Shown: in pieces, positions 50,160 to 55,078 of the stretch
Layout: each line of letters begins with the position of its first letter
Position numbering within the stretch: position 1 is the first letter of the stretch
IMG/VR virus record: IMGVR_UViG_3300045988_069178
Strand: one strand, 5' to 3'
Source of the DNA: a virus
Length of the DNA: 55,078 nt
Notes under the pieces: generated by a model
Database searches by the model: none
What the model was told of the DNA's origin: nothing
Seen by the model: only the letters and a program-made list of their open reading frames with translations
Position numbers and translations under genes: made by a program

Positions 50160-50465
50160 TTAATCTTTACCTCCATTCTTTAAGTGAATTTCCTGTATTT
50201 CGTTATACATCTTAGTTACCATTCCATTGCCGCCCAATGCGTGATATGCGTTATACATCTCAACAAAATTGTCATAAGCATAAGATGGAATTTCGCCTAT
50301 TTTCATATACTTATCGTGATATTCGATAAGCTGTACTCGTAAAAGTAACATTGTGCCTTTACTATTGGCGTCTTTGTCTTTTTTCTGTTGTTTCAGAAGC
50401 CAAACTATATAGCCAAGTAATATCGGTAATACTACGGTATAAGTTTGTAATAAAAATTCTTTCAT
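50160..50465 (-). CDS. N-terminal single-TM protein (holin partner / BhlA-like, tentative)
   Basis: 101 aa with a GCAGGAG RBS. TM helix VVLPILLGYIVWLL followed by a basic stretch. Confidence 0.5.
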   Translation of the reverse strand: MKEFLLQTYTVVLPILLGYIVWLLKQQKKDKDANSKGTMLLLRVQLIEYHDKYMKIGEIPSYAYDNFVEMYNAYHALGGNGMVTKMYNEIQEIHLKNGGKD

Positions 50466-50477
50466 TTTATATCTCCT

Positions 50478-50520
50478 GCAAAATTAATAGGCACACTACC
50501 CACCACCCTTAATGTGTGCC
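50478..50520 (-). terminator. Intrinsic terminator between the connector gene and the holin-like pair
   Basis: Minus strand GGCACAC-17 nt-GUGUGCC followed by UAUUAAUUUUG. Confidence 0.55.
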
Positions 50521-50597
50521 GCCTGCTACCATATTGCCGACATCAGTAAAATGGTAACGCACAATCTTCTTTAATATTCTGTAATGCCCTATAGGCG

Positions 50598-50975
50598 TTA
50601 TAATACTTTGGCAAATGGAAATACCCCAACAAATAAGCTGTCTCTATCTCTCCAAGTTCTGTTGACACCATTCTCATTGTAGCTCGCCATGAATGCTTCA
50701 CCTGCCTGTGAATGGTCGTAGACAGCCAGATTAACGATAACACTCTCAAACTTCTTTAAGTCCTCGGTTATCATTTCTTCTGTGTAGCTGTTGGGGTAAT
50801 TTCTTCTGTTCTTGACATCTTCTGTAGCCTGCTTAATAAGCTGTTCGATTATCGGATTATCTTCTTTGTTATCGAACACTACCACATCAGATGTTGTTTC
50901 ATCATCATTTGTGACTGTATCAATATGAAATTGTTTAAGTCTGATTTTGACTTGCTCTAATGTGGTGTATTCCAT
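50598..50975 (-). CDS. Head-tail connector (gp6-like)
   Basis: 125 aa. The N-terminus YTTLEQVKIRLKQ...D...L...I..A...V..Y fits my memory of the Phage_connect_1 pattern. Confidence 0.6.
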   Translation of the reverse strand: MEYTTLEQVKIRLKQFHIDTVTNDDETTSDVVVFDNKEDNPIIEQLIKQATEDVKNRRNYPNSYTEEMITEDLKKFESVIVNLAVYDHSQAGEAFMASYNENGVNRTWRDRDSLFVGVFPFAKVL

Positions 50976-50986
50976 AATTTCAGCTC

Positions 50987-51265
50987 CTATAACCCTAATT
51001 TCTCAATTAACAGTTCTTTAAGTTCTGCTCCTGTAAGCTCCATTGCATTCTCAATACCTTGTTCTAAGGCAAGTGTCTGCAAGTCCGCTGTCGGCATACG
51101 CTTAATAGCTGTCTTTGTGTAATCGCTTGTAGGTTGAGTGGGAAATTTGTCCTGCTCTTCCTCATATTTAAGCTCATCTCCATAAACAGCTTCCTGTCTT
51201 ACATTATCTGCTGTTACTTCTTCGCTCTGCTTTGCGGCGTTGATTTTATGTCGTCTTAATAACAT
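50987..51265 (-). CDS. Small head-module protein with SAP/Rho-N-like C-terminal motif
   Basis: 92 aa. TADLQTLALEQGIENAMELTGAELKELLIEKLGL. Confidence 0.5.
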   Translation of the reverse strand: MLLRRHKINAAKQSEEVTADNVRQEAVYGDELKYEEEQDKFPTQPTSDYTKTAIKRMPTADLQTLALEQGIENAMELTGAELKELLIEKLGL

Positions 51266-51276
51266 ATAAGCACCTC

Positions 51277-52308
51277 TTACTTTCCGAACTTAGCAAGAAC
51301 AACCTTTGAATCATTGCTCAAGACTGCTGTATAATGTTCATCACCAGAGATAACAGTTGTCTTTGCAAGAATATCTCTGTCCGATTCAATCTCAACGCTT
51401 CTCTTCATATAGATTGTAAGTGCGTTCTCTTCCTCTGACACGCCATCTGCACCTGTGTCTTCGTTAGGGTCTTCTGCTGATACGATAACAATAGGACAAG
51501 CATAAAATTCTGTTGTGACAGCCTTTAACTTGCTACCTACCTTGATTTCCTTACCCTTTGGCTTGAGCGTATGTGCAAGTGCTGTGTCAAGATGAACATT
51601 AGTTGAATCCTCGCTTGTTGTATCAGCTACAACATTGATTGTTCCTGTTGAATCATCAAGTTCATACTTAACCAGCTTAACTTTCTTAGACTTAACAACC
51701 TGTGCTCCTGCGATAGAACCGATAGTGCCATTCATAATTACATTAAGTGGGTACTTGTCATTGCTCTTGAAATCAGCGTCATTAAGCAATGTGGCTTCCT
51801 GTGCTGGATTGATGAACAATATCTTTGTAAGTGATGAATCTGATTCATCATCAAATTTGCTATTAGCCGCTACAACTGCTGAATAGCTGATAGGCGCTGC
51901 TGTTCCATCGTAATCAATAGGTGCTGTGCAAAGTGCGTCATAGCTGTCATTATCAACTTTTGCAGCGATTGACATAGCAATCTGATTGATAGCTGTACCA
52001 AGTGGGTCGCCATAACCAGATAATACTGATTCATCTGTAAGCTCTACAGCCTTACCTGCTTTCTTAACCTTTGCTTCTGTTGTAGATGTTGTAAGTACCG
52101 TTGTACCCATAGCAACACCTTCTGCTACATCTTCTGCGTCACCAATATAAGCATACTTTGGCACAACGATTGTGCTTCCCGGTCTGCCTACAAGTGTTGT
52201 ATCAACTCTTGCAATAGGCGAAAACTTAATTTTCTTTGGTAACTTAGCTGATACCATATCAGCCATTACTTGTGGGTCTACTAAATTTTCTAACTTAGTC
52301 TGTGGCAT
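51277..52308 (-). CDS. Major capsid protein
   Basis: 343 aa with a GGAGG RBS. Follows the scaffold gene. The N-terminal LVDPQVMADMVSAKLPKKIKFSPIA pattern resembles major capsid proteins of this phage type as I remember them. Confidence 0.8.
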   Translation of the reverse strand: MPQTKLENLVDPQVMADMVSAKLPKKIKFSPIARVDTTLVGRPGSTIVVPKYAYIGDAEDVAEGVAMGTTVLTTSTTEAKVKKAGKAVELTDESVLSGYGDPLGTAINQIAMSIAAKVDNDSYDALCTAPIDYDGTAAPISYSAVVAANSKFDDESDSSLTKILFINPAQEATLLNDADFKSNDKYPLNVIMNGTIGSIAGAQVVKSKKVKLVKYELDDSTGTINVVADTTSEDSTNVHLDTALAHTLKPKGKEIKVGSKLKAVTTEFYACPIVIVSAEDPNEDTGADGVSEEENALTIYMKRSVEIESDRDILAKTTVISGDEHYTAVLSNDSKVVLAKFGK

Positions 52309-52328
52309 AGTTTATTTACCTCCGTTTT

Positions 52329-52907
52329 TTACTCTGTGAACTTTTTATAAAGTTCTGGATTCTTATTTTTGAACTCCACTCTTTCGTGGTAATTCATCTT
52401 GTTGAACTGTTCCTGTGTTATCGTGCTTTCTTCTCCACCGCCTGCATTAATAGCCGGTCTTGATTTAAGCCACTCTGCCTTAGCTTCTTTAACCTGTCTT
52501 TGCACTTCATTAGCAATTACAGTTGCTATAAGGCTATGGTCTGCATCTGTAACCGCCTCAATCAAAGAATCAATATCCTTTCCATCACCTATAACTTTCT
52601 GATAAGCATTGACAGCTTTCATATGATTAAGTTCTTTGCTCATGCTCTCGAACTTTTCAGCTTGCAATTTTTCAGCTTCCGCTTTTGCTTCCGCTTCCTG
52701 TTCTTCTGCTGTCTGCTTCGAGCGAAGTTCTTTCTTATACTTAGCTGCTTCTGAACTGGCTTTATCGGAAGCGTTCTTATACTTCTCTTTTTCAGCTCTT
52801 TCACTAGCGAGCTGTGCCATAAGTTCTTCTACGCTAGGTGTATGCTCTTCGTTCTGTGGTTCATTGTTGGTTGTTGGTTCTGTTGTTGTGTTAATTACAT
52901 CTGCCAT
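52329..52907 (-). CDS. Scaffolding protein
   Basis: 192 aa from ATG 52907 with a GAGGT RBS. Highly charged coiled coil (E/K/A-rich) between the portal and capsid genes. Confidence 0.7.
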   Translation of the reverse strand: MADVINTTTEPTTNNEPQNEEHTPSVEELMAQLASERAEKEKYKNASDKASSEAAKYKKELRSKQTAEEQEAEAKAEAEKLQAEKFESMSKELNHMKAVNAYQKVIGDGKDIDSLIEAVTDADHSLIATVIANEVQRQVKEAKAEWLKSRPAINAGGGEESTITQEQFNKMNYHERVEFKNKNPELYKKFTE

Positions 52908-52985
52908 AATTTCTTTACCTCTGCTTTCTGCGTTTTTTGTTGTTCTCTCAACTTCTTGCGATATTTGTATTGCCCTTTCTCTAGG

Positions 52986-53024
52986 GCATATAAAAAGCCA
53001 CAAGGCATTTTCTACCTTGTGGCT
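52986..53024 (-). terminator. Intrinsic terminator/attenuator after the portal gene
   Basis: Minus strand AGCCACAAGG-9 nt-CCUUGUGGCU followed by UUUUAU. Confidence 0.6.
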
Positions 53025-53033
53025 CAATATCAA

Positions 53034-54626
53034 TTATTTATCTGTTCTGCTCTTATCTATAACCGGACTATTTTCTGTCTGGTCTGATAAGTCTTGCATT
53101 GTGCGGTCTTTATTAGGTGGCTGTTCTCCATCCCCACCCTCTGCTTGGTTCTGTGTATCTTTGTTAATTATGCTGTCTTGATATGCCTTAACCATTTCTC
53201 CGCTTCTCGCTACAACATCGTTAGGGTCATCAAAGAATGGAATTGCATCAACTGTATCTTTAAGGCTAAATCCGTGGCTTATCAATGTTGCCATGGCATT
53301 AACCTTGGTTGACATTTCATAAGTTTTTTGTCGCTTAATGTTAGGCTTTACATCTCTTGCCCTTAATTTAAGTAATGGATTACTGCTAGCAACATTGTTT
53401 GACAGCTTGATAGCCGCAAGAACAACTTTTATTTCTTCCATTTTGCAGCCATCAGTAATTAATTGTTGTTTTGCCGCTGCTGTTTCAGCCTGTGACCAAC
53501 CTGTTGCGTCTGACATTGCAACTCCTGTACTACCACCACTGTTATCATTTCGTTGTGGCACATTGCATTTCTGCAAGATTATCTGTCGCCTTGATTGGAT
53601 ATTATTAAGCATACCTGTGTAATCGTAATTGATTGCAAGTGGCTCAACTATTGGAGTTTTGCCATCTGCTGATGTGTAGGTCTGCATCCATTCTCCAGAT
53701 TTTGGCTTTCTTACTTTTTCAGTAATGCGTTGCGTTCCATCTTTATCAACTGTTGTTTCCTGTTCAACTGGGAAATCAACATCATTTGTATGCCATACCG
53801 CCTGTGTATTCTGTTCGACATCATTTGTAAAATCTGAAATGAGTAGGTTTAAGTTATCCATTTCAGATATTTGCCGTTCAAAACAGCCCATTCTATCAAA
53901 TGACCTTGTATATTCAATGATAGGAATTTTATGCAGCGGGTTTTCTTCTCCGCTTCTCTCCAAAAACCCCCATTTTGTTTTCCCTTTATTTTTTCCGTTA
54001 GTGATTTTTATTCCGTCGGTAATTTCATATCTCGTATCTTTGGTAAAACAAGTGTAATACCTGGTGCCACTGTGCTTATCTTTTATATATGTCCCGGCAA
54101 GAACAACTCTCTTGTCGCTGTAGGCGGTTGATCTTACAACAAATGTTGTCCTTGGGTCTAATACATTATATGTGAAATAGCTTTCCCCATCCTCGTATTC
54201 TGTATTTATATCAATAAGGACATATCCAACACCACCGATTTCAACATATCTTGCAAGTTTCTGCTGCTTCTGTCTTGCGTTCTGTGATTCGTAGCAACTG
54301 TTTAATTCCGCTATAGCTTTTGTAAGGTTAGAATCCTCATTGTCGCCATTTTGAACTAACGTTATAGGATTTCCCCACTTAAATCCTAAATTAAACTCTG
54401 TGACCTCGTTAGCCACATTATCACAGCACTCGCAGTCAATGTCTGGTCTGTAAGTCTTTGGATTTTTCCTAACTATCGGCTGTATTCCTGCGTCATAATC
54501 AAGAAGAAACTGTATTCTGTTGGAATTAATATCATGTTCCAAAATTGCTTCACGCAAAATTGGTATTATATTGTCAGGCGTTATTTCTTTTGCACCTGTA
54601 TAAATAGCAATTCTTCCTGTCTGCAT
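53034..54626 (-). CDS. Portal protein (SPP1 gp6-like)
   Basis: 530 aa. Size, position and the N-terminal ITPDNIIPILREAILEHDINSNRIQFLLDYDAG pattern are typical of SPP1-type portals. Confidence 0.88.
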   Translation of the reverse strand: MQTGRIAIYTGAKEITPDNIIPILREAILEHDINSNRIQFLLDYDAGIQPIVRKNPKTYRPDIDCECCDNVANEVTEFNLGFKWGNPITLVQNGDNEDSNLTKAIAELNSCYESQNARQKQQKLARYVEIGGVGYVLIDINTEYEDGESYFTYNVLDPRTTFVVRSTAYSDKRVVLAGTYIKDKHSGTRYYTCFTKDTRYEITDGIKITNGKNKGKTKWGFLERSGEENPLHKIPIIEYTRSFDRMGCFERQISEMDNLNLLISDFTNDVEQNTQAVWHTNDVDFPVEQETTVDKDGTQRITEKVRKPKSGEWMQTYTSADGKTPIVEPLAINYDYTGMLNNIQSRRQIILQKCNVPQRNDNSGGSTGVAMSDATGWSQAETAAAKQQLITDGCKMEEIKVVLAAIKLSNNVASSNPLLKLRARDVKPNIKRQKTYEMSTKVNAMATLISHGFSLKDTVDAIPFFDDPNDVVARSGEMVKAYQDSIINKDTQNQAEGGDGEQPPNKDRTMQDLSDQTENSPVIDKSRTDK

Positions 54627-54637
54627 TATCTACACCT

Positions 54638-54835
54638 CTAATAAAATGTCATACCGCTTGAACTTCTGCTTTGTGGTATTTCCTTAATCTGAAAATCATC
54701 ATCATCGTTAGGCACATACCATATCCATTTGTGGCAATGCTTGCACGCTAATTTATGTGTTCTTGTGTCTTTGCTGTCTGCCTTAGTCAAAAACTTATGG
54801 CAGTTCGGACACATAATTGATTTATCTTTATTCAT
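54638..54835 (-). CDS. Zinc-ribbon protein
   Basis: 65 aa from ATG 54835 with a GAGGT RBS. CPNC ... CKHC. Confidence 0.55.
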   Translation of the reverse strand: MNKDKSIMCPNCHKFLTKADSKDTRTHKLACKHCHKWIWYVPNDDDDFQIKEIPQSRSSSGMTFY

Positions 54836-54855
54836 ATTTCTACCTCGTTGCATAA

Positions 54856-54892
54856 CAAAAAACACCGCTACAATTAAGTAACGGTGCTTTTT
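54856..54892 (-). terminator. Intrinsic terminator upstream of the morphogenesis operon
   Basis: Minus strand has a 10-bp stem (GCACCGUUAC/GUAGCGGUGU) followed by UUUUUGUU. Confidence 0.6.
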
Positions 54893-54979
54893 TGATAAAG
54901 GATTGTTTTATGTTTATGAAGTTTGCTTTTGCTCAATATAATAATACAAGATTTTTTCGTCACAATCGTAACAACTTTT

Positions 54980-55078
54980 ATTTTTTTTCAATAAATCTCT
55001 GAAAAGCCATTTTTACACTGCTTTCAGAATTACCCCCGATAATGTGTGCTATTTGAATCCAAGTTTTGTTTTCTAAGA
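54980..55078. repeat. Terminal direct repeat, copy 2 (identical to 1..99)
   Basis: Exact 99-bp duplicate of the window start. It carries the 3' end of the HTH gene listed at 1..433. Confidence 0.97.

Overview
The window is a complete, circularly closed genome of about 54,979 bp. Bases 1-99 are repeated exactly at 54980-55078. It looks like a temperate siphovirus-type phage of a low-GC Firmicute; the Clostridia-like host is an inference from Shine-Dalgarno usage and gene content. About 90% of genes lie on the minus strand.

Reading the minus strand from high to low coordinates:
- Morphogenesis: portal, scaffold, major capsid, connector and neck genes, major tail, G/GT chaperones, tape measure, and a 1301-aa tail fibre with an S74 chaperone domain.
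- Lysis: a GH25 endolysin.
- Lysogeny switch: XRE repressor and Rha, divergently transcribed.
- Recombination and replication: Bro, two SSB-type proteins, a Rad50/SbcC-like ATPase, RecT, an MBL-fold hydrolase, a GIY-YIG nuclease, a frameshifted methyltransferase-like gene, a replisome organiser and a G39P-like loader.
- A large serine recombinase.
- An accessory island covering roughly 8.7-17.1 kb.
- terS, mazG, a DUF3310 gene, an array of four tRNAs, a second replication-initiator-like gene, small zinc-ribbon genes and terL.

Observations I consider most worth follow-up:
1. A stand-alone Cas5 (type I-B-like) gene with no other cas gene or CRISPR array. It sits next to a repeat-like leader and a 600-bp ORF-free structured island.
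2. A plus-strand operon of small ORFs punctuated by tRNA-like acceptor/T-arm minihelices.
3. 18-bp perfect inverted repeats bracketing the serine recombinase gene, with a near-consensus promoter just outside. This suggests an invertible cassette.
4. A low-complexity cluster containing a BclA-C-like gene, downstream of the recombinase.
5. Structured non-tRNA RNAs inside the tRNA array.
6. A G8-tract frameshift in the methyltransferase-like gene.

All functional calls come from motif recognition by eye and from memory of protein families. No searches were run.
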